Below are positions 46,665-55,518 of a DNA stretch of 64,000 nucleotides, in pieces. Every line of letters begins with the position of its first letter. Position 1 is the first letter of the stretch. The position numbers and the translations under genes are program-made. Source of the stretch: Acutalibacteraceae bacterium (GTDB lineage Bacteria; Bacillota; Clostridia; Oscillospirales; Acutalibacteraceae); NCBI GenBank assembly GCA_045536235.1, contig JAZSND010000036.1, positions 18,890-82,889 on the forward strand. Direction: 5' to 3'. Below the pieces are notes generated by a model. That model was not told the origin of the DNA. It saw nothing but the letters and a program-made list of their open reading frames with translations, and ran no database searches.

Positions 46665-47277
46665 ATTACAGTTTGGCAGCGTGACGCTGCACCCAATGCC
46701 GGTGCGAAGCGCACACCGGATGCCGCCTGTTGAAAAATATCATTAATAATAAAAATACATCAACGGCGGAGATTAAAAAGCGTAAAAGCAATATCAATAT
46801 AAAAAATGAAATATGCTGTGAATTTGAACGGAACAGGCTGACGAGCATAAAACTTAATTCATTTATCCGAGCGAGGGAACCATAGGCGGTATAGCAAACT
46901 TAAAAGTCAGATTTGCTTTTGTAGCCGTTATGGCAGCAGAACAAAACAATTTTTTGTTCTGTCTGCCGAGCGGATTTACTATCGTCAGCCGTAGTGTAGT
47001 GCATATAACCCCAAAAGTTCTTTTGGTTACTTTTGTAACGCATGACAAAAGTAACAATATCTTTACTTTGAAATTTTCCACACAATCCCTCAGTCAAAAT
47101 CGCTTGCGATTTTGACAGCTCCCTTTACACGAGGGAGCCCATTTGCAAACAAATTAACAGAGCGATAAACTGTACTTTGTCAATATGTGAACTATCGTTT
47201 ACGCGATATGATATAAATCCCCGTACGCCGCAGCGTATATCGCAAATCCCGTAAGGGATCTATATCGCTGCAGTTTA
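46665..47277 (+). repeat. intergenic repeat family, copy C (longest, about 610 bp)
   Basis: It begins ATTACAGTTTGGCAGCGTGACGCTGC and ends TATATCGCTGCAGTTTA. It contains all modules seen in the other copies. Confidence 0.92.
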
Positions 47278-47294
47278 TCTGTATATCACTCATA

Positions 47295-47324
47295 AACAAA
47301 AAACCGACCTCATAAAGAGGTCGG
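47295..47324 (-). terminator. rho-independent terminator of the zinc-ribbon membrane protein gene
   Basis: The minus-strand stem CCGACCTC / GAGGTCGG is followed by TTTTTTGTTTATG. Confidence 0.8.
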
Positions 47325-47343
47325 TTGATTATCGCTTATTTAA

Positions 47344-48126
47344 TTATTCAGCTGCAACTGCTTCTTTGTTTTCAACTTCTTCGATAGGCTGTGAATAATC
47401 GGGAAGCTCGGTATACTTAACAACGATGGGGTTGTTGATGCATGTGATGTTGACAATGATAACAGGAAGGTGAAGAACCATTGTAACAAAGATACCGAAG
47501 CCTACGCTTGCGCTGACAAAATCAGGGAATACAGTGCTGATTTCCTTTGAGAAAACGGTAAATGTAATGCAAGCAGCAACGAGCATCAGGATGGAAAGTA
47601 CGCTGCAAACAATATTCTTCTTGCAGGAGCTAACCTTTGATGAGCAGAAGTTTCTTGCGAAGTTGAGTATGCCCATAACGATTGAAAGAGCAACAAAAAC
47701 AATTGAAAGAGCAAAGGTCAGCATAGCTGTGCCGATTACGGGTGAGCCGATACCAGTTGTGATAAGGTTGATATCAAACAGCTCCATGAAGTAATCCATA
47801 ACTATGGTGAGGATATTTACGTTAATTTCCTTTGCAGCCATGTAGGGACCCTCAGCAATGGAGAGCTTTGCAAGGGGAAGGAAAAGGCCTGCGATGGGAA
47901 TGATTGCGAGAATAAGTCTTGCAATCTGGCGTTTGCCGCCGATTGAGGAAGCCTTAAAGCGGTCAAGACCTTTCTGGAATTTAGCATGCTCTGCTTCTGC
48001 CTTTTCAGCATCTTTAAGAAGGCTTTCTTCCATGCCGTAGTAGACCATGTTTACGCCGCACTTGGGACACTCAGGACGCCAGTCAGTTAATTTAAGGTGA
48101 GCATTACACTTAGGACAATTAGCCAT
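47344..48126 (-). CDS. zinc-ribbon-containing membrane protein, hypothetical
   Basis: I moved the start to ATG 48126 (MANCPKCNAHL...CPKCGV) because GGAGG lies upstream. The CPxC...CPxC ribbon is followed by about 5 TM segments. Confidence 0.6.
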   Translation of the reverse strand: MANCPKCNAHLKLTDWRPECPKCGVNMVYYGMEESLLKDAEKAEAEHAKFQKGLDRFKASSIGGKRQIARLILAIIPIAGLFLPLAKLSIAEGPYMAAKEINVNILTIVMDYFMELFDINLITTGIGSPVIGTAMLTFALSIVFVALSIVMGILNFARNFCSSKVSSCKKNIVCSVLSILMLVAACITFTVFSKEISTVFPDFVSASVGFGIFVTMVLHLPVIIVNITCINNPIVVKYTELPDYSQPIEEVENKEAVAAE

Positions 48127-48306
48127 AACGTTTCCTCCGTTTATATGTCTTTGTGGTTTAAACACATAATGACACTTTTGATTGTTATATATAATAACAT
48201 AAATTAACAACAAAAGCAACCTGTTTTTATATATTTTTATTGAAAGCGGCAGAGAAAGAAAATATCCACAATATCTGCTGTATATAATGAAATTCACCAC
48301 AAGAGA

Positions 48307-49026
48307 TTATATAATAAAGCCACCGTCGACACTGAGTACCTGTCCCGTGATAAACGCTGCGCCGTCGGACGCCAAAAAAAGAACAGCCTTTGCAACCTCT
48401 TCGGGTGTACCGATGCGGCAAAGGGGGGTTTCGTCTGCAAGTGCCGCAATATCGTCAGGTGTGAGGTTTGCGTTCATTTTTGTGTTAATTACACCGGGTG
48501 CAATGCAGTTGACGGTTATGCCGCTGGGGCCGACCTCTTTGGCAAGCGCCTTGGTAAAGCCGATAACCGCAGCTTTTGATGCGGAATAAAGCACCTCGCA
48601 CGATGCGCCGCTGATTCCCCACATAGAGGAAATGTTGATAATTCTGCCGCTGTGCTGTCTTATCATGCTTTTCAAAGCTTCACGGCTGCAATTGATGGCA
48701 GAGAGTATATTGGCGCCGAAAATTTCGTCGTAATCGCTCTGCGTGCTGTCGGTAAAAAGCTGCTGACGTGCTATACCTGCATTATTTACAAGCACGTCAA
48801 TACCGCCGAATTCACTTTCAATTTTATTGAACATTTTTTTGACCTGCGCCTCATCACGCAAATCCGCCCTGACACAGATTCCGCCGATTTTTTCTGCAAG
48901 CTTTTTTGCAGGCTCAGCATTTTTGTTGTAATGCAGGGCTACATTATATCCTTCATCAGCTAAAAGCTGCGCACAGGCGCCGCCGATACCGCCGGAAGCG
49001 CCTGTGACTAAAACTGTTTTCTTCAA
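48307..49026 (-). CDS. short-chain dehydrogenase/reductase (3-oxoacyl-ACP reductase FabG-like)
   Basis: It has TGASGGIG, NNAG and YSASKAAV motifs. The only in-frame start before the Rossmann motif is TTG at 49026, 1 nt after the upstream stop. The long ORF-track extension overlaps the upstream gene. Confidence 0.75.
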   Translation of the reverse strand: MKKTVLVTGASGGIGGACAQLLADEGYNVALHYNKNAEPAKKLAEKIGGICVRADLRDEAQVKKMFNKIESEFGGIDVLVNNAGIARQQLFTDSTQSDYDEIFGANILSAINCSREALKSMIRQHSGRIINISSMWGISGASCEVLYSASKAAVIGFTKALAKEVGPSGITVNCIAPGVINTKMNANLTPDDIAALADETPLCRIGTPEEVAKAVLFLASDGAAFITGQVLSVDGGFII

Positions 49027-49027
49027 A

Positions 49028-50113
49028 TTACTGGAGTGAGCCCAACATGCCTGAAAGGGCATCTTCGCTGAGCTTGGTGTATCCCTTGGGAACATCGAAC
49101 ACGCTGTTGTTAACAGATGATGTGCAGCTGTTGACCTTGATAATGCTGATGTCGCCTTCAGCGGTTTCAACCTCGATACGCCTGAGCTGCTGTCTGGAAT
49201 CGAAATAGTATCTGTTTTCGTTTGTGGAATCCTCATAGGTTTCGCAGGTGTACTTTTTACCGCCAACCGAAACTGTGGATGTGCTTACGTAATCCATTTC
49301 AGCGCTGCCGATTGTGTCCCAGATACCCATATCCATTTCGCCGACATTTGCATCCTCCGCAGAGCCGATCTGATAATATGCCTTAGCTACGGGGAAGAGC
49401 ATATAGACGCTGCCGTTCTTGACAATCATGCGGATTTTAAGTGCGCCGGAAGAAAATTCGCAGGAAATATTGTTGCCGGACATGGAAACCTTGCACGGCA
49501 TACCGGTTTCAATACCGAGTGTTTCGCCTGTGACGAAAACGCAGTCAAGGTAGAGCTGCTTTGACTGAGCAGAAGCGTCCATAATGCGCTTCATCAGCGG
49601 GTCTTTGGGCTGACCGCTTGTATCGAGCGGAACCTCAATCAGTTCACCTTCGGGGAAGGGGATATCCTCAACTGAAGTTGTGGTTTCTTCGGGAGAAGCC
49701 GGCGCTGTTGTGTCATTCTGAGCAGATGTTGTTTCGTCGTCAGCCTTCTGGGTCGTTGTGGGCGGCTCATAGGGCTTTGTTACTGTAATAACGCTTGTTA
49801 CAACCTCAGTTTTAACCTCGGTAACGATTTCAGAAACAATCTCTGTTACAACCTCGGTAACGCCCTTGTCGTTTGTAACTGCTTCGCCCGCTTTGTCGGT
49901 TTTGGGTTCTGTTCTGATTTCTGTTACAACCTCGCTTACGATTTCCGAAACAACTTCGGAAACCACCTCGGTTACCTCTTCGTAAATTTCGCCGTTTGCA
50001 CCGATAACGGTGGAAGGCTCTTCGGGCTGTTCATCGTTACCGCCGCAGGCTGCAAAAAGAGTCAGCGCAGCAACAAGCGTAGCAAGAACAGCAAATATGT
50101 TTCTTTTTTTCAT
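49028..50113 (-). CDS. lipoprotein with a repetitive (V/I)-(S/T)-E-(V/I)-V segment, hypothetical
   Basis: The signal peptide with Cys is MKKRNIFAVLATLVAALTLFAACGG. The low-complexity repeats are EVVSEVVSEIVSEVVTEI...TEVVTEIVSEIVTEVKTEVV. Confidence 0.65.
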   Translation of the reverse strand: MKKRNIFAVLATLVAALTLFAACGGNDEQPEEPSTVIGANGEIYEEVTEVVSEVVSEIVSEVVTEIRTEPKTDKAGEAVTNDKGVTEVVTEIVSEIVTEVKTEVVTSVITVTKPYEPPTTTQKADDETTSAQNDTTAPASPEETTTSVEDIPFPEGELIEVPLDTSGQPKDPLMKRIMDASAQSKQLYLDCVFVTGETLGIETGMPCKVSMSGNNISCEFSSGALKIRMIVKNGSVYMLFPVAKAYYQIGSAEDANVGEMDMGIWDTIGSAEMDYVSTSTVSVGGKKYTCETYEDSTNENRYYFDSRQQLRRIEVETAEGDISIIKVNSCTSSVNNSVFDVPKGYTKLSEDALSGMLGSLQ

Positions 50114-50242
50114 CTCTGTTTATCCTCCTTTAAGATAAATAAGGTACTTTAATAATAAATTATTTTTACATAAAAAGTCAAGCATTGTTGCCAATAGGTA
50201 ATATTTGTTAGACTTTCTTTGAACTTTTGTCACAAGTTTGCA

Positions 50243-51646
50243 TTAATCTTCGTCTTTCTGACGCTTTGAAAACCTGCGCGGCTCGTCATCATCGTTATTT
50301 TCAGGTTCATCAACGGGCATAATTTCAACCTTGAGCTTGCCTATACGCTTATCTTCAAGGTTGAGAATTGTGAAATGGAGATTTTTGTAGTCGATCTCGT
50401 TCATTTCACCGTCTTTGGGCAGATAGCCGAGCAGGCTGATAACAAATCCGCCGATTGTGTCGTACTCATCATCGGGCAGCTCGACGCCGACATGCTCGTT
50501 AACCTCGTCAATTGAGGTTGTGCCGTCAACCGTGAATGTGGTTTCGTCGATGACTGAAAATTCCTCTTCCTCGTTGTCGTATTCGTCCTGAATGTTGCCG
50601 ACAATGGATTCAACAAGGTCCTCAAGCGTGACAATGCCTGCCGTGCCGCCGTATTCGTCAACAACAACAGCCATCTGTGTGCGGCGTGAGGTCATTTCCT
50701 TGAACAGCATACCGCACTTCATCGACTCAGGGACAAAGAACGGCTCACGCATGATTTTACGCAGGCTTTCCTGCTTTGGCAGACTGGAGCCGATATATCC
50801 GATAAGGTCCTTGATGTAGACGATACCTATAATTTTATCCATGCTTTCCTCGTAAACAGGAATACGGGAATAGCCCTCTTTTTCCGAAATTTCAACAGCA
50901 TCCTGCACAGGGTCATTGACTTCAACAGCCGAAACATCGGTACGGTGAGTCATAATATCGCCTGCATCAATATCGTCAAACTCGAAGATGTTGTTTATCA
51001 TTTCCTTTTGCGTATCTTCAATAACGCCCTTTTCGCCGCCGACATCAACCAGCATGCGGATTTCCTCTTCCGTAACCTCTTCGGGCTCTGCATTCGGGTC
51101 AATACCCAAAACACGCAGAATAGCGTTCATCGAAAGCGAAAGCACTTTGACAAAGGGCTTTGCTACAGATGCAACAGCAGTGAGGATACCTGCAATGCGG
51201 AATGAAATTTTTTCGGGGTTGTACATGGCAATACGTTTGGGTACAAGCTCGCCGAGCACAAGCGAAAAATAGGACGTGATAAGCGTGATTACAACAAGGC
51301 TGAAACCGTCTATAACGCTTGCGGGGATTCTGGTGAGGACAGAAACTTTTTCCAGTCCGTCCGAAAGCAAATCCACAAAGCTCTGCGATGCAGAAGCAGA
51401 GGATAAGAAACCGGCAAGGGTAACGCCTATCTGAATTGTTGAAAGAAAATTGCTGGGATTCTGGGTGAGCTTTAAAAGTTTCTTTGCTTTTTTATTGCCC
51501 TCCTGTGCCTGTTTTTCAAGCTTGGCATCGTTGAGGGAAATGATTGCGATTTCACTCATTGCAAAGAATGCGTTTACAAGAATAAGCACGAGCAAAAGCA
51601 CAATTTTTAAAATAAGCGAAGTCGCAGACCCGGGGTCGCCGTCCAT
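50243..51646 (-). CDS. CNNM/TlyC-family protein (DUF21 - CBS pair - CorC/HlyC)
   Basis: It has an N-terminal four-TM DUF21 region (FFAMSEIAIISL), a CBS region (IMTHRTDV..., IPVYEES) and a C-terminal transporter-associated domain. Confidence 0.85.
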   Translation of the reverse strand: MDGDPGSATSLILKIVLLLVLILVNAFFAMSEIAIISLNDAKLEKQAQEGNKKAKKLLKLTQNPSNFLSTIQIGVTLAGFLSSASASQSFVDLLSDGLEKVSVLTRIPASVIDGFSLVVITLITSYFSLVLGELVPKRIAMYNPEKISFRIAGILTAVASVAKPFVKVLSLSMNAILRVLGIDPNAEPEEVTEEEIRMLVDVGGEKGVIEDTQKEMINNIFEFDDIDAGDIMTHRTDVSAVEVNDPVQDAVEISEKEGYSRIPVYEESMDKIIGIVYIKDLIGYIGSSLPKQESLRKIMREPFFVPESMKCGMLFKEMTSRRTQMAVVVDEYGGTAGIVTLEDLVESIVGNIQDEYDNEEEEFSVIDETTFTVDGTTSIDEVNEHVGVELPDDEYDTIGGFVISLLGYLPKDGEMNEIDYKNLHFTILNLEDKRIGKLKVEIMPVDEPENNDDDEPRRFSKRQKDED

Positions 51647-51724
51647 AAAAGACTTTCTCCTTTCAGTTTTGCGAAAAGAGCAAAAATTCTTTCCGCTTTA
51701 TAATTCTTTAAATATTAAAACATC

Positions 51725-52873
51725 TTATCCGATGATGTTTCCGTTTTTGATATATACTCTGGGCACACGCTTTGTTATATCGCATACGTACTCGTAGTTG
51801 AAGCTGCCTGCTGTTTTTGCAAGCTCCTCAACGGTGAGCTGCTCGCTGCCGCTTGTGCCGACTATTGTTACCTCGTCGCCCTGACTTACTTCGGGAATAT
51901 CGGTAACATCAACCATAAACTGGTCCATGCAGACTCTGCCCGCAACCGGCGCGGAGTGACCGTTAATCAGCACTCTGCCCTTGTTTGTCAGCAAACGCGG
52001 GTAACAGTCGCCGTAGCCGCAGGGAATGGTTGCAATCTTGCTGCGGCGCTTTGCGGTAAACGCTGCACCGTAGCCGACAGTATCGCCCTCATTGATTTCT
52101 TTAATAAAAGCGATATGGCTTTTAATCTGCATTATAGGTGTGGTTTTCAGGTTTTCAAACTTTACCTCGTCCGACGGGTCAAGTCCGTAGGTGACAATAC
52201 CGCAGCGCACCATATCCATACAGCCGCCGTCAAAATCCATTGTGGCTGCGCTGTTGTAAATGTGGCGGATGGGAATATCAACACCTGCGTTCTTGATTTT
52301 TTCAGTAAATTCCTCAAAGAGCTTTTTCTGCTCATTTGCAAAGGATTTATCCGCAAAGTCCGCACAGGCAAGGTGAGAAAAAATGCCCTTGATTTCAATA
52401 TTCGGCAAAGCCGCTATTCTTTTTATTTCTTCAAGGCTTTCGTCAGTGGACATAAAGCCGATACGGTGCATGCCCGTATCAATTTTAATGTGCACACCTG
52501 CTTTTTTGCCCATAGCGGCAGCCGTATCATTGAGCTGCTTTGCGGTGGAAAGCTCAAAAACAGTTAAGTCAATACCGTTTTCAACAGCCTGCTCAAAAAG
52601 CTCGGGAAAAGCGTAGCTTAAAACAAGAATCGGCTTTTTTATCCCGTTTTCACGAAGCTGTATGCCCTCTTCAACCGTGGCAACACCGTAAGCATATGCA
52701 CTTGTGGGTTCAAGAGCCTTTGCAAGCGGCACAGCACCGTGACCGTAGGCATCTGCCTTTAAAATGACCATGACTTTAACACCGTCGCCGACTCTTTTCT
52801 GTACGGCGGCGATGTTTGCACAAGCAGCATCAAGGTCAATATAGGCGCAGACTCTGCTGAATTTGTTAGTCAA
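51725..52873 (-). CDS. alr: alanine racemase
   Basis: It has the PLP-lysine motif VILKADAYGHGA and a C-terminal beta-domain (RVCMDQFMVDV). Confidence 0.92.
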   Translation of the reverse strand: MTNKFSRVCAYIDLDAACANIAAVQKRVGDGVKVMVILKADAYGHGAVPLAKALEPTSAYAYGVATVEEGIQLRENGIKKPILVLSYAFPELFEQAVENGIDLTVFELSTAKQLNDTAAAMGKKAGVHIKIDTGMHRIGFMSTDESLEEIKRIAALPNIEIKGIFSHLACADFADKSFANEQKKLFEEFTEKIKNAGVDIPIRHIYNSAATMDFDGGCMDMVRCGIVTYGLDPSDEVKFENLKTTPIMQIKSHIAFIKEINEGDTVGYGAAFTAKRRSKIATIPCGYGDCYPRLLTNKGRVLINGHSAPVAGRVCMDQFMVDVTDIPEVSQGDEVTIVGTSGSEQLTVEELAKTAGSFNYEYVCDITKRVPRVYIKNGNIIG

Positions 52874-52979
52874 AATAAAATCACCTTTTTATAATGAATT
52901 GATTTTTAATCAATTCAAATCATGGAGCGTTAAGCAGGAAATCAGGGCGGCATCGCCAAATCATGATTTTTACAGCATA

Positions 52980-54266
52980 TTAGTCACCACAAGCAACTTC
53001 AAGCGCCTGTTCGATATCTGCAATGATATCCTCAACGTTTTCGATACCGACTGAGAAACGGATAAGGTCGGGTGATACTCCGCACTCAACAAGCTCACTG
53101 TCGCTTAACTGACGGTGTGTTGAGGAAGCGGGGTGCAGCACGCATGTTCTTGCATCGGCAACGTGAGTGACGATAGCGGCAAGCCTGAGTGAATTCATGA
53201 ATTCCTCTGCCTTTGCTCTGCCACCCTTTACGCCGAAGGAAACAACGCCGCAGGTACCCTTGGGCATATATTTCTGAACAAGCGGATAGTATTTGTTATC
53301 GGGAAGTCCCGGATAGTTTACCCAGGAAATCTTGTCGTTATTTGCAAGGTATTCGGCAACCCTGAGTGCGTTTTCACAATGTCTTTCCATGCGCAGTGCA
53401 AGGGTTTCAAGGCCGAGGTTGAGATAAAACGCATTCTGCGGAGCAGGTGTTGAGCCGAAGTCACGGAGAAGCTGCGCAACAATTTTTGTTACGTAGCCTG
53501 CTTTGCCGAAATCACGGGTATAAACTGCGCCGTGGTAGCTGTCATCGGGCTGAGTGAGTCCGGGGAACTTATCGTTCTGCTCCCAATCAAAATTGCCGCT
53601 GTCGATAATAGCACCGCCGATTGTAGATGCATGACCTTCCATATATTTTGTTGTGGAGTGGGTTACGATATCTGCACCGAACTCAAACGGACGGCAGTTG
53701 ATGGGAGTGGGGAAAGTATTGTCAACAATGAGCGGAACACCGTGAGCGTGAGCCAGCTTTGCAAACTTTTCAATATCGAGAATATCGAGTGAGGGGTTTG
53801 CAATTGTTTCGCCGAAAACAGCCTTTGTGTTGGGGCGGAATGCAGCGTTGATTTCTTCTTCGCTTGCGTTGGGGTCAACAAAAGTTACCTCAATGCCGAG
53901 CTTGCGCATGGTAACGTTGAAGAGGTTGAATGTGCCGCCGTAGATTGTAGCTGCACTTACAAAGTGATCGCCTGCACCCATGATATTGATAAGTGCAAAA
54001 AAGTTTGCAGCCTGACCTGAGGAAGTAAGTACGCCCGCAACGCCGCCTTCAAGCATGGTGATTTTCTGTGCTACAAGGTCGTTTGTGGGGTTTGCAAGGC
54101 GGGTGTACATATAGCCGGGCTCAAGGTCAAACAGCTTTGCCATGGCCTCGCTTGTGTCGTATTTATAGGTTGTGCTCTGGTAAATCGGCATTACTCTGGG
54201 TTCGCCGTTTTTAGGCTCGTATGCGCCCTGAACACATTTGGTTTCAATCCTGTAGTTCTCTTTCAT
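52980..54266 (-). CDS. metY: O-acetylhomoserine sulfhydrylase / aminocarboxypropyltransferase (Cys/Met PLP family)
   Basis: It is 428 aa with SSGQAA, HSTTKYMEGH (PLP Lys) and a C-terminal RFSVGIE motif. Confidence 0.88.
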   Translation of the reverse strand: MKENYRIETKCVQGAYEPKNGEPRVMPIYQSTTYKYDTSEAMAKLFDLEPGYMYTRLANPTNDLVAQKITMLEGGVAGVLTSSGQAANFFALINIMGAGDHFVSAATIYGGTFNLFNVTMRKLGIEVTFVDPNASEEEINAAFRPNTKAVFGETIANPSLDILDIEKFAKLAHAHGVPLIVDNTFPTPINCRPFEFGADIVTHSTTKYMEGHASTIGGAIIDSGNFDWEQNDKFPGLTQPDDSYHGAVYTRDFGKAGYVTKIVAQLLRDFGSTPAPQNAFYLNLGLETLALRMERHCENALRVAEYLANNDKISWVNYPGLPDNKYYPLVQKYMPKGTCGVVSFGVKGGRAKAEEFMNSLRLAAIVTHVADARTCVLHPASSTHRQLSDSELVECGVSPDLIRFSVGIENVEDIIADIEQALEVACGD

Positions 54267-54267
54267 T

Positions 54268-55488
54268 TTATACTCCTAAAAATTGTTTAATCAGACCGGG
54301 ACCGTATTCAACAAACCTGCCCGTTGCTGCGGCTGTTTTTTCGTTGATTGATTCAACGCCGCTGTCAACCTCACCCTTCTTGTGGTAAATCATGTAGGGT
54401 ACAGGGTCGGATGCATGGGTTTTGGTCTTTATCGGTGTGGGATGGTCAGGGAGGATCATCACCTTGTAATCGTCATATTTTTCAAGCGCATTGAGCAGCA
54501 TGGGCAGTACACGCTCATCAATAATTTCGATTGAGCGGACCTTGTTTTCCGGCTCGTTGCGGTGGCCGCATTCATCGGGAGCCTCAAAGTGAAGGTAAAC
54601 GAAATCGCAGCCGTTTTCAAGCGCATCAATCGCAGCCTGAGCCTTGCCCTCAAAATTGGTGTCGATATAGCCTGTTGCGCCTTCAACCTCGGGAACAAGC
54701 ATCTGTGCGCCGATGCCGATACCCTTGAGCAGGTCAACAGCGGAAACGATGCAGCCCTTCATGCCGAACTTCTTTTCAAAATTTTCTATGCTCGGTTTGC
54801 TGCCCTCACCCCAGAGCCAGATTGAGTTTGCAGGGCGTTTGCCCTCAGCAATTCTTTTGAGGTTTACGGGATGATCTTTAAGCAGGTTGTAGCTTTCACG
54901 CATCATTGCGGTGAGCTTTTCTGCCGTGGGAGCAGTTGAAATATATGAGCCGACTATTCTGTCGGAAATATCGTGAGGCGGAGTCATGGTACCAAGCTCG
55001 GTTGTGCCGCCGTGATGAATGAGGCAATGGCGGTAGCTGACACCGGGATAAAAATCAAATTCGCCGCCGCCGAAATGCTCCTGAACGGTTTTGATTATTT
55101 CGGCAGCCTCTGCGCTGGAAATATCGCCTGCGGAGTAATCTACCATTGTCTTGTCATCGTAATTTTCCTCGTCCGAAACGGTGACGAGGTTGCAGCGCAG
55201 CGCAACGTCAGTATCGCTCATTTCAACGCCGATGCTGATAGCCTCCAGCGGTGAACGGCCTGTGTAGCAGACCTTGGGGTCGTAACCGAGAACGCTGAGG
55301 TTTGCAACATCGCTGCCGGGCTTCAGACCCTCGGCAACGGTGCGCACAAGTCCTACCTCGCCCTTTTGAGCCATAGCATCAAAATTGGGCTTTTTGGCAC
55401 ACTCCATGGGAGTTTTGCCGCCTAAGGCATCAACGGGATAATCCGCCATGCCGTCATATAATACAACTGCGTATTTCACAGCAATCAT
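54268..55488 (-). CDS. cofactor-independent phosphoglycerate mutase-like protein (ApgM / alkaline-phosphatase superfamily)
   Basis: It has MADYPV..., VYLHFEAPDECGH and ILPDHPTP motifs. It starts 2 nt upstream of metY, so the two are probably translationally linked. Confidence 0.75.
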   Translation of the reverse strand: MIAVKYAVVLYDGMADYPVDALGGKTPMECAKKPNFDAMAQKGEVGLVRTVAEGLKPGSDVANLSVLGYDPKVCYTGRSPLEAISIGVEMSDTDVALRCNLVTVSDEENYDDKTMVDYSAGDISSAEAAEIIKTVQEHFGGGEFDFYPGVSYRHCLIHHGGTTELGTMTPPHDISDRIVGSYISTAPTAEKLTAMMRESYNLLKDHPVNLKRIAEGKRPANSIWLWGEGSKPSIENFEKKFGMKGCIVSAVDLLKGIGIGAQMLVPEVEGATGYIDTNFEGKAQAAIDALENGCDFVYLHFEAPDECGHRNEPENKVRSIEIIDERVLPMLLNALEKYDDYKVMILPDHPTPIKTKTHASDPVPYMIYHKKGEVDSGVESINEKTAAATGRFVEYGPGLIKQFLGV

Positions 55489-55518
55489 GTCCTTTCAGAT
55501 TGGAAAATAAATTATTGC

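Noticed and set aside
46666-46848. A minus-strand ORF in the repeats encoding a hydrophobic 60-aa peptide (MLVSLFRSNSQH.SFF.LILLLRFLISAVDVF.LL...) that looks like a type I toxin. It is also seen at 43202-43444 and 62145-62351.
   Set aside because: There is no Shine-Dalgarno sequence upstream of the ATG. The ATG is mutated in copy A, and the region is deleted in copies B2 and E. The C-terminal ends differ because the stop depends on the flank. It is probably a by-product of an AT-rich loop between GC hairpins. I cannot fully exclude it without expression data.
46930-47115. An apparently conserved plus-strand ORF inside the repeats (MAAEQNNFLFCLPSGF.IVSR...LVTFVT.DKSNNIFTLKF). It is also seen at 62433-62654, 43549-43758 and 27745-28251.
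   Set aside because: Copies A and B1 carry a 1-nt indel in the hairpin loop (AACAAAACATTTTTT versus AACAAAACAATTTTTT). This shifts the frame and truncates the ORF. The conservation is at nucleotide and structure level, not protein level.
48262-48270. An isolated 8/9 DnaA-box match (ATATCCACA) upstream of the zinc-ribbon gene.
   Set aside because: It is a single occurrence far from dnaA with no clustering. That is expected by chance in 64 kb of AT-rich intergenic DNA.
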